64,000 nucleotides of DNA from Sphagnum compactum (lineage: Eukaryota). A model generated the notes under the pieces. That model worked only from the letters and a program-made list of their open reading frames with translations, was not told the origin of the DNA and ran no database searches. The stretch covers positions 34,710,213-34,774,212 of the forward strand of contig OZ234493.1 in NCBI GenBank assembly GCA_965153455.1. The letters are read 5' to 3'. A program made the position numbers and the translations under genes. How positions within the stretch are numbered: the first letter of the stretch is position 1; each line of letters opens with the position of its first letter. Below are positions 1 to 12,393 of the stretch, piece by piece.

Positions 1-387
1 CAAGTCTCACACATGCCCAGCTTTCCACTAGCTTCTTTATTTTCATTTTCCAAAAATTTCTTGCCATGTGCAGAATACCATTTGCCCATGCAAGCCGTGT
101 CTACTTTGTGTAGATTCATTCCACTCCAGATGGTTAAAAACAATTCATTCTCCTTTACCTTCCACTCCAGACGGTTCAAAACAATTCATTCTCTTTTACA
201 TTCAAGTGAACTTTTTTCAAAGAACAAAATTTTGAAAAGGAAAATGAAGAATTTTTTGAAATTGTCTGTTTTTTTTTTTTTCATAATGGAATTTCAAATT
301 TAATTAATTATTCAATAAGCATGTGCTGAAGGTGCCCTTGTACTACCTAGTTCATAGCAATTATCAAAAGAATTAAGACTACTTATC

Positions 388-1341
388 AGTGTTGGGTGGT
401 TAGTTGTGCATGTAGATGGTTTAGGACTTACATTCCAAGTAAGTGTAAATTTCACAAAGAAATTTATTTACAATTCGTGGAAGTGTAAGTGTTTAATATT
501 CATCTATGTTTGTGTAGGTGTAAATGTAAAACATGAAACCTATAAATGTAACTATAAAATTGTGTAAAGTTATTTTATATTGTGTAAAACAATGTAAATG
601 TAAACATAAATACATTTATATGGTTTTACATGATTGTGCAAGTGTAAAACAAATATATTTATATGATTTTACACAATCATGTAAAATAGTGTAAGTATAT
701 AACAATGTAATAAATGTGATTTTTACTTGGGGAGGGGAGGATTTCATAATGTTTTTGACGATGGACCAACCAAATGACCCCAAAGAATATATATATAATC
801 AAAACATTTGTGCTTTGGGATACACCACAACTAATTTAATAAATGAATCACAATAAGTACAATAAATACCTAAGCTCTTATAAAAGCTACAATAAGTAGT
901 ACTAGTAATAAAAGTTATACTCAAGCAATGGTGGGGGAAAATGTTCATTTACAATATTTCTTGGAATAACACAACCATAATCCCATATTGGTAGAAAATG
1001 TGAATGTTTGGGGAGTATCAAAGTATCATTATTTTTGTGAAGGACAAATCAAAATGGTTCATTGTAATAAATAAAAAAAAAGCTTTGAAATGCACCCACA
1101 ACCAACTAATATGGATTTGCAAGAAAGTATTGTCATTAAATGCATATAATATATTCACTTTCATTTACATGCCCCAAAACATTTACACAAGGTTGTGTAA
1201 ATGTATTTGACAAACATTTACATTGCCTTATATAGCCTCGTGTAAATGTAAAAAAATTATGTGGAAATGTAAATGATTTACATTTACATGGGATTTACAT
1301 AATGTATATGTAATTATTGGCACTTACACGCACAACATTAG
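388..1341. mobile_element. Probable non-autonomous DNA transposon/MITE rich in TGTAAA/TTTACA motifs, with an unrelated insert at ~730-1125
   Basis: The left part is dominated by TGTAAA repeats and the right part by TTTACA/TGTAAA. The ends CAGTGTTG...TTGTGCATGT and ACACGCACAACATTAG are loosely inverted. No coding capacity. Confidence 0.4.
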
Positions 1342-2769
1342 TGATTACTTGGTTTTGTCAATTAGAACTTCCAATTTTAATTACCAAGTACATTCACAAT
1401 TGGGGTACACAAAGGGAATGTCTCGTTCCAAAATCACTCTCAAACCACTATTTTGAATGACCACTACACTTATGATATAATTTCTTTGATAGAATTTTTT
1501 TTTTCATTAGATACTCATATACTTCTTGATTAAAATGGTGATGATGTTTTGTGATTTGAATGATTAAAACATGTCCTTGAGTGTCTTGAAAGATGATTCA
1601 AAAACTACATGTCCCAATACGTAATTTTATCAAAAAGGACTCAACAAAACTAACAATATTTATTCAAATTGCTCCATGTTTTGACCACAAATAGAATAAA
1701 ATATGTTCTATATGATGCCACAAATTTTTAGTATGATAAATCACCAAATTTTGTGGAATTGATGTTGGAATCTTGGATTTTTTCATATAACAAATGCATT
1801 GATAAAGACAATCAAATTAATTTTGTTAATTACAAATTTACATTCCAAAGGTTTGGAAAGAAGTATAGGAAATGTGGGTGCAAAAATCAAAACAATATTT
1901 GATGTTTTTAATAGGGTTTTGGCATTTCAAATGAAAGTATATCATTTTGGAATGTCAAAGTAGTCTTGCATTCCTTTTTGGTTTATACTTGAATAGGACA
2001 TTCAAAAAAAAATCAATTGATTTGAATCATTCATATAACATTTGTTGGTTGAAAGTCTAATCATACATATCCCCTTTTCATTGTTTAACATTTCAAAACA
2101 TTCATTTTGCTAAGTCCTTATTTTAAGACTCAAAACATAGGACATGGACTTAAAAGCTTGCTTGGAAGGTCATGTGAAAGTTATCACCATAATCTCTCAC
2201 TATAGAAGTTGACAACAATGTTAGGAACTCTACTTGTTGGTTGTACATGCAACATTGAGTTGCTCACTTAATTATGGTTAAAGATTTTTGTATGCATTTT
2301 AATTGTTTTTCTTCTTTTTCCTTTCTTCTTTGCTCCGTAACCTCTTTCGTAGCCTTCCTTTCCAATGCCTTTTGCCACATAATGTTTAGGTATTCAAATG
2401 AAATAACCATGTATGACTAGTTATAATCTACTAGCGATTAACTACCTTTGATCTTCCTTATTGAGAATTGTGGCAAGACAATAAGTTTGCAAATTCTAAC
2501 CTCTTGTTTCAAGTTTGCATTTAATTAATCATTGTATCTTCCTGCTAGATAAGTGTTTATCTCTAAATTTGAAGAGTCATCAAATTCACCACTAAGGCCT
2601 CATCCATGGGTGTTGTGTAGATGTTTGCATCAATAGGGTTGGGTGACATTTTTACATAGTCCGGGTGTTGTGGTGGTGAAGGTGGACAATGGCCTTCGTG
2701 CTTTTCGTGTTGAAGTGGTCTTGCATCTTGCAATAGTTGCCAACTACCATCCAAGAAAACCTCACCTTT

Positions 2770-2952
2770 CTAAGCTTGCTCGTCATCTTTTTCCAAGTAT
2801 GCATATTTATCTTCCCTTGTCCTAATAGTTGTGAAGACCTCACTTGGGCTTGCATTCTCATCCATAGCCTTTGTGTTTAGTTGCCAAATCCCCATGACCA
2901 TGAATCCTAGCAGAAAGTTCTTTGACAAAGCGTAGTGGGGGTATGTGGGCAT
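2770..2952 (-). pseudogene. Degenerate pogo/Tc1-like (DDE_1) transposase C-terminal fragment
   Basis: The translation ALSKNFLLGFMVMGIWQLNTKAMDENASPSEVF resembles the 'ALT..NI..GF...GIWPLN' motif after the DDE_1 domain. Short and decayed. Confidence 0.45.
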
Positions 2953-3805
2953 GATTAATTTAAGAATGTGAACACATCAAAAATGTGAACACAAAAGAAA
3001 TCATCGCCAAACATAGGAGGGACCCTTGAGGTTCATTTTTTCTTTTTCAATTTTTAGACCCCACACCCATTTCCAGAAGGTGAGGAGGGCCATATGTAAA
3101 CATGCTATTTTGAGAGCGAATAGAAAGAAAAATCCATCACCAAGAGGTACCCATGTCCATCACCAATCATGGGAGAGACATCCATGTTCATTTTCTCTCT
3201 TACTTTTGACACAGCCCAATTCTATTCATCTCTCCTATCAATTAGATGAGGTGCCTTTCAAGTTGTTGTTGTTCTTCTTTTTTGGCAACAAGCCAATTTG
3301 ATTGGCCCATTACTCAAAAAAAGTGAAACTATGGAGGCTCCCCAAAATAGAAGGTTCTATTTTGAAGTATACCCATAACACATGAGGGCTTTTAGTACAC
3401 AATCAAACCCATACAAGGTTGATGATAGTAGCATGGGTTATGTTTTGGTTATGGCTGGTTCTAGTTTTAGAAGAGAACCTACTATACTGGTTTCAGCTTT
3501 TTATTTATTAATTAATTACAAAAACAATTGATACAAGCTCTGGTTGTGGTTCAAGCTTTAAGTAAGATTTTTTTTATTTTTTTTTTTTTTGGGGGGGAGG
3601 GGGTATTGATAAGTTTGGCAACAAGCCTCAAACCCTAACTACTGACTAGGGTAGCTTATTGTCCTCATAGAGCATGAGGAGAAGGGTCCAGTTGGTATTG
3701 AAGGTTTGGTATTTAAGTCTTATTATTGCAAAATTTAAATGGCTCAGGTAGTAAATTACATCATGAACATCAAGTGCTAAACTTAGTATTTATCATAAAT
3801 GTTTT

Positions 3806-3946
3806 AATTGAAATTATGTGTTGATGATGTTTGTGATGCAAATCGAATAGAAGAATTTACCTCAAACTTTGTAAATGTTCTAATTGAAATTATGTTTGAT
3901 GATGTTTGTGATGCAAATCAAATAGAAGCATTTGCCTCAAACTTTG
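3806..3946. repeat. Tandem duplication, ~76-bp unit x2
   Basis: AATTGAAATTATGT(G)TTGATGATGTTTGTGATGCAAATC.AATAGAAG.ATTT.CCTCAAACTTTG occurs twice, downstream of the PGK-like stop codon. Confidence 0.85.
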
Positions 3947-4139
3947 CTTTGGCATTTATTTTGCAAACATCAGAGCAACAGATCGTTGGCATGATGAATG
4001 TGCAAATGAGGCCATCTGGTGTGGGAATTCAGCCAGCACCTCAAGCACATGTAAATGTGAATAATGAAAAACCATGGGATCAATACATATCACTTGGATA
4101 TTGAACAGATCATGCATAAGTCATTTGAAAATGGAGTTG

Positions 4140-7100
4140 CTAGTAATTACTGTAGTTGGATTGATCATGTTGCTGCAGCTTCTTGTTGTTGTTATAAGTT
4201 TTGCCATTTTCAATTAGAGCTTTGACAGTTGGTAGGGCATATGGGTCACCCTCCTCCAGTACTTTGAGCACACTCCCACCTCCTGTGAAGAGGTAATACT
4301 TGGAGCTCTCCAGTGCAGCATGATACAATCCTGGATGCAAACTATTCCCCAATCACAATTGTCACACACCCACAATTCCAATTCATCAGTTCATGGACTC
4401 TCTACATTGTCCTAACAAGCCTTCTCTACTATTCAATGTATTCATGGACTGATTTGAAATCAAAGCCCCTGAAAGGTAGGATTTAGGTGTTATCCTACAG
4501 TTTTCAATTGGGTCACCAGAGTGTCTGAAGTTGTAATAATTGTGTAAAGATAACTTGGGTAGTCTGCTATTTCACAACACTCAAATTATGGACCTTGTTC
4601 AAGGATGTTGATTAATGTTAATTACCTTTTAAACTCCTGTAGAGTATCTCCACCACCAAAGAACTTTAGGGCAGAGCGGTTACGGTCAATGGTGGCATCC
4701 ATTTGGCTGGTGCCATGCCAGAATGTTGGCATGAAACCCATCACAGCATTCACGAATATGGTGCTGGCTGAGTCCAGCGCATCTAAGACTTCTTTTGTTT
4801 CAAATGAAGCCGGGTGTATATCCACAACATACTTATACTGTTGCCCTGCTGCAAAATCCTGCATCACCCCAACTCCAGATTGTTTTGTTTATGATACTAA
4901 ATAGCCAAAGAATTCTTAGATATGCTTAGCCTATCAAACTTCTCAAGGATGGACCCTTGTCTCACCACTACGGACAGCCACATACATGCCAATATTTTAA
5001 CTGGCACTCTGTAATCCATCCCTGATATGCAACCAGCTGCCATGGACTATTCTTTCACTTCCCCAGGCTGATTAATAACCAGAATGGACTGAGTGGGCAG
5101 ATTATAAAATTGTAATGGCTCAACTGTCTGTGTCCGAATCGGAACATTCCAGAACAATCCACACCAGCTAGGTTACTTACTGGTATGGGCCAGGTCTTGA
5201 CCTATTCCAGAGTAGATAACAGTGTAGCTTACAAACGCTTTCATCTTCCAAGTTGCATTGCCATTGATTTCAACTCTGAATGAAGAAAAGAGACGAACCC
5301 TTTGGCCTCCATGAAAATAACTTCAGGCAGGAGTTTGAAAACAACTATTTGGTTCAAAGAAACCATTATCTTAGTTCCCAAATAGAGGACAAGTGAAAAG
5401 AACAAAGTTGATTGACAATTTACCTTTGTGTTTATTGTCCGGAAGCGCCCTTCAAAGCGCCCTTCCAGTGTCTCAGTTTCAACCAGTAAAGGAAGCTCCA
5501 CAATTTTCTGGTCAGTCTTATCCTGCTCAACCAGGCCCCTTGCCAACTCTATATCTGAATCCTGCATCAAAAGAAAACAGCAATCAATATCAATTGTCAA
5601 CAATTTTGGTGATCCTCAGCCAAGTATGACAGCCAAGGTGCTTGCCTGTGCAGAATCAGCCCTACCCACTCTCTAGCATGAAGTGCACTGGCTGAATCAG
5701 CTGGGCCTCACCCACATAGGGCCCACTCTCCTAGGTTAAGAGCTAACATACAAGAATTGGCCAAAGCTTGGTGTATCAATTCTGTAGGGGCAAGTGGTCG
5801 GGCCTATTTAGTGCCCAAAAAAAAAGTCTCTACAAAAGAAGAATAGCACACAAGTGATCTGAAAAGGTTTGGAAATTTAGTACCCATTTGAGAATATAGT
5901 GTTCATGATCAGTCAAAGTTTCCTTGTACACAAGGTTACAGAAAACACTTGGAGAAATTTCCTGAGTGTATTTAGGCAGCTCCTTATATTCCTGAATAAT
6001 CCCCCTTAAAATTTGAAGAGATCTTCCACCTACTCCATAGTTAGTGGGAGTGATCTTATGCCTACAATAGGCGTAAGGTCCCTTCTACTCCTAAACAGTA
6101 AGATAAAATCCTTACCACTCCTCATGATCTTCTTATCTTTAAACTTTAGGCTTCTGATAAGGTTTAGGGTTTAGGTATCAATAAGAACTTGTTCCAACAT
6201 TTATTTTGCAAAAGAAAATTAAGAGTGCACACACACTACGGTACCTCCACACCCCTGATTTTGATGTTGTATTTGGCACAGAGAAACGTGTTGTAAATGA
6301 TTCCACCCAGAAGTAGCTTATCCACTTTCTTGTAAATTTCTGACAGAGGCCCAATTTTGGTGTCATACTTAGCACCCGCCACCACTGCCACGAAAGGTCT
6401 CTTGGGACTCAAGATCTCCTTCACATGGAACAGCTCATCCTGCACCGAAAAAAAAAAAGCAAACCTCAGGCTCTCATGTGATGCCTCCTGAATCATGCCT
6501 GAAATTATATAAAATTTTTCAAACCCTCTCATGTATCCCAAGAAACTCAGAAATTATAGAGCTATGCGATAATTCAATTCAAGAACCTGGAAAGAATCTG
6601 AACATTCCAGCAAAAAGATTGATCATCATGAACCCACAAGAAGAAGGTCTCCTAAAGATCATCATTCAGGAACTCACAACAAGAAGCTCTGCCTAAGATC
6701 ATGATTCATGAACTCACAAGAAGCTCCTCTGCCCAAGATCATGATTTATGAACCCACAAGAAAGCTCTGGTAAAGATTAGCTGCCATGAACCCACAAGAA
6801 GAAGAAGCTCTGAGCTATGTAACATTGTGGTTCAAGAGGACCTGAAGGCAAAGACCGGCATACGACGGCAGATATCTGGTGATGTGGGTAGTGGAAGCAT
6901 GAGCTTGCCATGAGCCGAATGCATCGTTCACAAACACGTCCGCTAAACCTGCCAATTGCACCACAAACCTCTCCATCTTCTCCCCTTTGTCCTCCTCCCC
7001 CTGCACATTCAAAGCTCACTCCAGCACCCATTGATTGCATCAGCTGATGAGTACACAGACAGAGACAGAGAGACAGAGAGACAGAGATTTGTGTGGAGCT

Positions 7101-7909
7101 GCAGGAGATTGGGATCTAGTACTGTACCGCAAACCAACGGGTGTTGGGCAAGTAGATGCCGGCGATTTTGCGGCTGCGCAAGTCTTGGATGAGCCAGTTG
7201 ATGGACGTGTCGATGTCTAAGATCCCTTCCTTCTCCGTTGCATGGAACTGCGGCACCGCGAACTTGATCCGCAGCTTGCGTTGCATGTATGCCACCACCG
7301 CATCCACCGAGTCCTCGTCTTTCTTGATCGTCAGCGTCTTCGTCTTCTTATCGAATGGACGCCCAATATGCGTCATTATGATCGGCCTGCAAGCAACCCA
7401 CCCACCCAACACACAAGGAAAAACTTGTCAGCTGCATTCAGTTCTCAGTACAGCACAAAAGCTTTCTAGAGGATTCTTCTACGACGGACGTGATCGATCA
7501 CATAGCAATCTAATGGAAAGAGACCCTTAGTACGTGTTGTACCTTCCACCGCGCTCAATGATGTTGTACATGGTCGCCAGCGTCACGTCGATCCGGTACT
7601 GGTCCAAAATCTTTCCTGCAAGAACGAAGAAGATCATGCAGAGCTTAAATATATCCTCAGAATGCAAAATTGCATCACAATCCCACAATAGGTAGAGTGA
7701 TCCGATCGACGCGGTCAACGGTCCCTGAAACGAGTGGTACCTTTCTTGACGACGTTATGATCAACTCGGAGAAGAACCACTTTGTCTCGCAGGTCAGCAT
7801 GTTGCAGAAGAGGAAGACGCTCGTCTAGTAGCGCGGGATCCCTGCAACCTTCTTCCACACTGTAGCCCACCTTCATCCCTATCTGATCCCCTGGAATGTA
7901 AGGCGCCAT
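4140..7909 (-). CDS. PGK: Phosphoglycerate kinase-like protein (divergent type), 8 exons, ~475 aa
   Basis: Exons 7909-7741, 7615-7543, 7386-7128, 7000-6842, 6439-6245, 5561-5424, 4858-4626 and 4341-4140 all have GT-AG introns, are phase-consistent and total 1428 nt. PGK motifs in order: RVDHNV, YRID, THIGRP, LPNTRWF, FVNDAFG, AGAKYDTKI, LLGG, GGGDT, FTGGGSVL. No transit peptide. Confidence 0.93.
6620..6812. repeat. Degenerate short tandem repeat in PGK intron 4
   Basis: About five imperfect copies of GATCATGATTCATGAAC(C/T)CACAAGAAG...CTC. Confidence 0.7.
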
Positions 7910-8040
7910 GATTATGATGATGATGATGATGGTCTCCTGCGGATGTTGCACGACGTAGCTGCTACAGTTATGAACTCTTCCTCCTCACAGTGCTCCACTC
8001 CCAAATGCTTGTTCTCTCACACCACCACAATAGACTCAGA

Positions 8041-8282
8041 GCTCTCTCTCTCTCTCTCTCTCTCCTACACTCTCTCCCTCTCCTACACTCTCTCTTACTC
8101 AAATCTCTCACAAGACTTCTCCTCTCACACACACACACACACACACACACAAAAACTGACGATTGCAGCAAAAGCACAAAACACAGTTAAACCTGAAACC
8201 TGACAAAAATTCCCCTTGAATGCTAAAGATTTCTCAGACAACCCATCTTCTTCTTCTTCTTCGTCTTGTGTGTGTGTGTGTG
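8041..8282. repeat. Microsatellites (CT)n, (CA)n and (TG)n in the PGK 5' region
   Basis: (CT)n at ~8042-8064, (CA)n at ~8126-8151 and (TG)n at ~8268-8282. There is also an (ATC)n run on the coding strand immediately upstream of the ATG. Confidence 0.9.
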
Positions 8283-9222
8283 CTTTTTGTCTGTGTGAGA
8301 AGAGCTGCAGCAAGTCTAGTGCTATGAGCTGCTAGCAACTGTAGAAACTATGCACAAGGAGATTTTTGCGCTCTGAAAATGAGAATTGAACATGTGAGAT
8401 CTTGTAGTAGCACCGTTTTTGTATTCCAAATTTGGGCATGCTCAACAACATCCAGTGTGCTAATCCAATCAAAATCCTGACCCAAATCCAGCACACTCTC
8501 AACAGTGACATGTGCAGTGCTAAATTCCAATTCATAAATTTCTTGATCCAAAATGTTCAGCACTTCCAACTTGGTGTGACACCTAACCCAATTCAAATTG
8601 TCACCCAAATTCAGCCCTCCTTGAGCAGTTACATTTGTGTACTAATCCCAAATTCTGACCCAAATTCACAGTGCACTCTTCTCAACATTTGTGTGCTAAT
8701 CCCAATTTCTGACCCAATTCATAGTGCACTCTCAGCATGGTGTGTAGCTACTCCAAATTTTGACCAAAACTCTTCTTGTTTAAAGGGAAATTCCCAGTCA
8801 AATCCTTCACTAGGTAGGTACTTTCACTAATGTCTAGTAAGCCTCCCTGCCACCCCAAACCCACCCCCCACAATTAATTTAATTTAATTTAATTAAAATT
8901 AATTTTTTTTAATTTAAAAAATCACAGGTTGATACCTAGTGACCATAGAAAGAAACTTCCAAATCCAAGTATAAGCGTTACCTTACTAAAAAAATCCTTG
9001 AAGGACTAAGAGTGTCATATCTCAAATGTTCCCAATTTTGAGTGAATTTGATGTGGTACTTTTTTCAAGGACCAAAAATGAGAAATTATGGCTTTGAGGT
9101 GAATATTTCTTGGATTTCATTAATTTTTTAATGGTGACAAAATTGGTTAAGTTGCCCTATTTAATGTCCAAGCTTGAGAATCAGCTTGGAAACAAAAAAA
9201 TTTAGAAGAATTTGAGAGACCC

Positions 9223-9418
9223 AAAGAAAAAGCTTGGAAAATTTATTAGAGAACTTTTTAAGATGGTGAAATTATAAACAAAAGAGCTTGCAATATTAAG
9301 CCATGAGGGGAGTAGGAGAAGAAAAAGCTTGGAAATTTTTATTAGAGAACTTTTTAAGATGGTGAAATTATAAACAAAAGAGCTTGCAATATTAAGCCAT
9401 GAGTGGATTAGGAGAAGA
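9223..9418. repeat. Tandem duplication, ~96-bp unit x2
   Basis: AAGAAAAAGCTTGGAAA...GAGCTTGCAATATTAAGCCATGAG...AGGAGAAG occurs twice. Confidence 0.9.
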
Positions 9419-9434
9419 ATTGGACAATTTGGAG

Positions 9435-9560
9435 TAAATCCAATCACCAGCTCACCAAAAGGAGTTGCACCATCTAATTTTGGATGTTGAACTGAAGTTC
9501 AGTTCAACATCCAAAATTAGATGGTGCAACTCCCTTTTGGTGAGCTGGTGATTGGATTTA
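9435..9560. repeat. Near-perfect palindrome, 62/63-bp arms with a 1-nt centre
   Basis: 9435-9496 is the reverse complement of 9498-9560 except for a single 1-nt indel. Confidence 0.97.
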
Positions 9561-10984
9561 AAGTTGTTTAGCACCCCAGAACTAACTAGGGAGAAGGTGG
9601 AGATGTGGCACTAGAAGAGAGGTGGGAGCTATGGTTAATAACTTTGTAATAAGAACAAGTTATTAGTCCACCAATGGGTTTAGGGTTGGGGGGGGCAGCA
9701 AAGAAAGTTTTTCACATTAATATTTTACCAATCTATTAACCTCTAGGAGATGAAAGTGTTGTTTTTGGTATTAAAAGAGCCTTGGGTGAACCAGCACCTA
9801 CATTGGTACCTTGGTAAAAACCTAAAAACCCTAATGTTTTTCAGGTTGGTACTAAACTCAACCCAACTTTTGAACTTTTAGACCTTTCTAACACTCCACT
9901 TTCTAAAAAGCATTACTTCTTTTTTTGGGTGAAAATGGAGGCACCCAAGTAGCGAAAACTATTGATAATATTCACTGTTCAATATTTTCAACTCAATATT
10001 TTACCACCCAAAAGTATGGAGTAAGCTAAGTAGTCAAATATGTCCTACAAGATTCCAAAAACACATGATATAGGAATTCACCATTTTGTGAGAGACACGG
10101 TCAAGAAAAACTGCTTCCATTTCTATGCACTTTCTTCTGGTCATGGAACTTGTTGTGAACCTTCCAAGTTTCAACCATTATTCGGCTGGCACTCATGTAC
10201 ACGACTCCTCTATGCATCTAGTCTTAAAAGGTGGGTGAGAGATGTTTAGTTTGTTTAGTTGGTTGGATGAGTACCTAGTATGCTGTGGATGGAAGGATTT
10301 TGGAACCAAAATCTCATAACAATTCATGTTGAATTTGCACTTGTTGAGTGCACGGAAGGACAACCATTTTCCTTGCGTCCTTACACAAGTTTATCATGCT
10401 TTTCAGATCTACTTACGCCGGTCCCTGTTTCTTGATTTCTTTTGTATTTGGGAATAGGAGATGATGCTTACACCAAAGCATGACATTAGTCCCATGTGAT
10501 TCCCATGTGATTCCGAGTTTCGTTTCTTAATGGGGAAGAGAGGCAAGGTTTTGAAACACAGATTCTTTTTAATTAACATGGACACCCTAACTAAGTAGGG
10601 TGGGTTATAGGGTTTTTAATTTTTAATTCTTCTCTGCTTTAAATCATAAAACATGTTTAGGGATTTAGGATTCATAACCTACCTGAATGAAATTCCAATC
10701 ATCTGGGTAGGTTATTAAAATTTCACCTAAGTTGGAACTAGTTAGGTAATGTGAATGCAAATTTCACCATTTTATCAAAGAAGCCACTTAGAGAAAAGGA
10801 CTATGGCTAATAAAGTTTATTCTTCAAGTAAGATTTCACAAGTTTGTGAAATTTTAATGGATAATAATGAGAGAGAAAAATGCAGCTTTGGCGAGGTCAC
10901 GTCCAGGTACAAGCCAGAATCAACCAAACCTTGCCTGCTCTCGCCCCCTTCAGATCAGCCTTTGTTGGCCTTGCATACCAAGGC

Positions 10985-11192
10985 AAGGATATTGTGTTTA
11001 GATTCATTATGGAGTGTAGTAGCATAAGGGATTTTGGCCCCCTCTAAGGAGTATATCTATTTTGATTCGAGGATTTTTGAAAGACGATATTTTGGCTTGT
11101 GTTGAAACTTGAGATTAGTTATAGAGTTATAATAATATCTTGAAGGATTTTGGTTTCTTCTAGAGTATTGTTTCGAAGATTACATTTTTGCA
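10985..11192 (+). repeat. Dispersed ~220-bp repeat, copy 1 (others at ~12094-12315 and ~36287-36509)
   Basis: AAGGATATTGTGTTTAGATT...GGCTTGTGTTGAAACTTGAGATTA...TCTTGAAG..TTTTGGTTT is shared by all three copies, in the same orientation. Confidence 0.9.
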
Positions 11193-11506
11193 AAAGTTAT
11201 CTGACAGCTGAGCTTCTGCTCCGATCATAGGCTGAAGTGCAAGTCAGTTTGCTGCATATCCCCTCCGCTCACCAAGTCCACTCAGCTCTATCAAGAACTA
11301 TTGGTAAACAAGCTGTTGGAGGATGAAAATTAGATGGCTGAATGGTGAAGGAACAAGGGCAAGCTTGCGTGCCAGCCCTGTCACTCAACCTCCATATCGG
11401 TCACTAGCTGGTGAGCTTTGCGGCGGGGGTCTGGCTAACTTGTGTGCATCTGAATCAACAACCCCTCTTTGGAAGAATCAACCAAACCCTCCCCCACTCT
11501 CTAGTG

Positions 11507-12028
11507 CCTTACCCTAAGGTCAGCAGTTTCGTCATTAAATCATCCTCAAAATAGTGAAATGAAATTTTGTGAAAATATGAAGTTAACATGTTGAAAATCA
11601 TCATAAGCTACAACTCTGAATAATTTCACTACTCATATCACAATATTATAGTAGATGATGGAAAATATATATAATTTCAAAATTAGAAACCAAATTCATT
11701 TTTGGAAAAATAATTATTATTATCTGTTTTTTTTTCAATGTGGAAACTGACCCTAGGCTAGGGTACGGTACCTCAAGACCACCGTAGTAGGCTAGGGTCA
11801 GTTTCCATCATGTTGACAAAACGAATAATTATTATTTTTCAAAAAAAAATTCTAATTTTGAAATTATATATATACTATAATATTGTGATATGAGATAGTG
11901 AAATTATTCAGAGTGTAGCCTATGATAATTATGATGATGATGTTCAACATATCAAAATCATATTTTCACAAATTTTCATCTCACTGTTTTTAGGATTATT
12001 TAATGAAGGAACTGACCTTAGGGTAAGG
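11507..12028. mobile_element. ~520-bp foldback made of two inverted ~240-bp MITE-like units
   Basis: Outer ends CCTTACCCTAAGGTCAG / CTGACCTTAGGGTAAGG. Each half has its own GGTCAG..TTTC ... GAAACTGACC termini flanked by TA, and the halves are reverse complements along their length. Confidence 0.85.
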
Positions 12029-12093
12029 TAGTCAACTTACTTGGTAAAGCTTGGGGAAAACTGATTTGTTGGTCTTGCCTTGGTAGGCAAGGA

Positions 12094-12315
12094 AAGGATA
12101 TTGTGTTTAGATTCATTATAGAGTATAGTAGCTTGAGAGATTTCGGCTCCTAAGTAATAGGTCTATTTTTATATGAGGATTATTGAAAGATGGTATTTTG
12201 GCTTGTGTTGAAACTTGAGATTAATTAAATAGTTATAATATCTTGAAGGATTTTGGTTTCTTTTAGAGAATTTTTGGAAGATTATATTTTTGCCTGGTGA
12301 AATATTTGAGTTTCC
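12094..12315 (+). repeat. Dispersed ~220-bp repeat, copy 2
   Basis: Direct similarity to 10985-11192 and 36287-36509. Confidence 0.9.
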
Positions 12316-12393
12316 ATAATGGCAAGGCCCTTGTTGTTGGGGGATTTGGCTGTTAGAGATTTTGCTTCAGGCAAAAGGCTGTAAGAAACTGTG

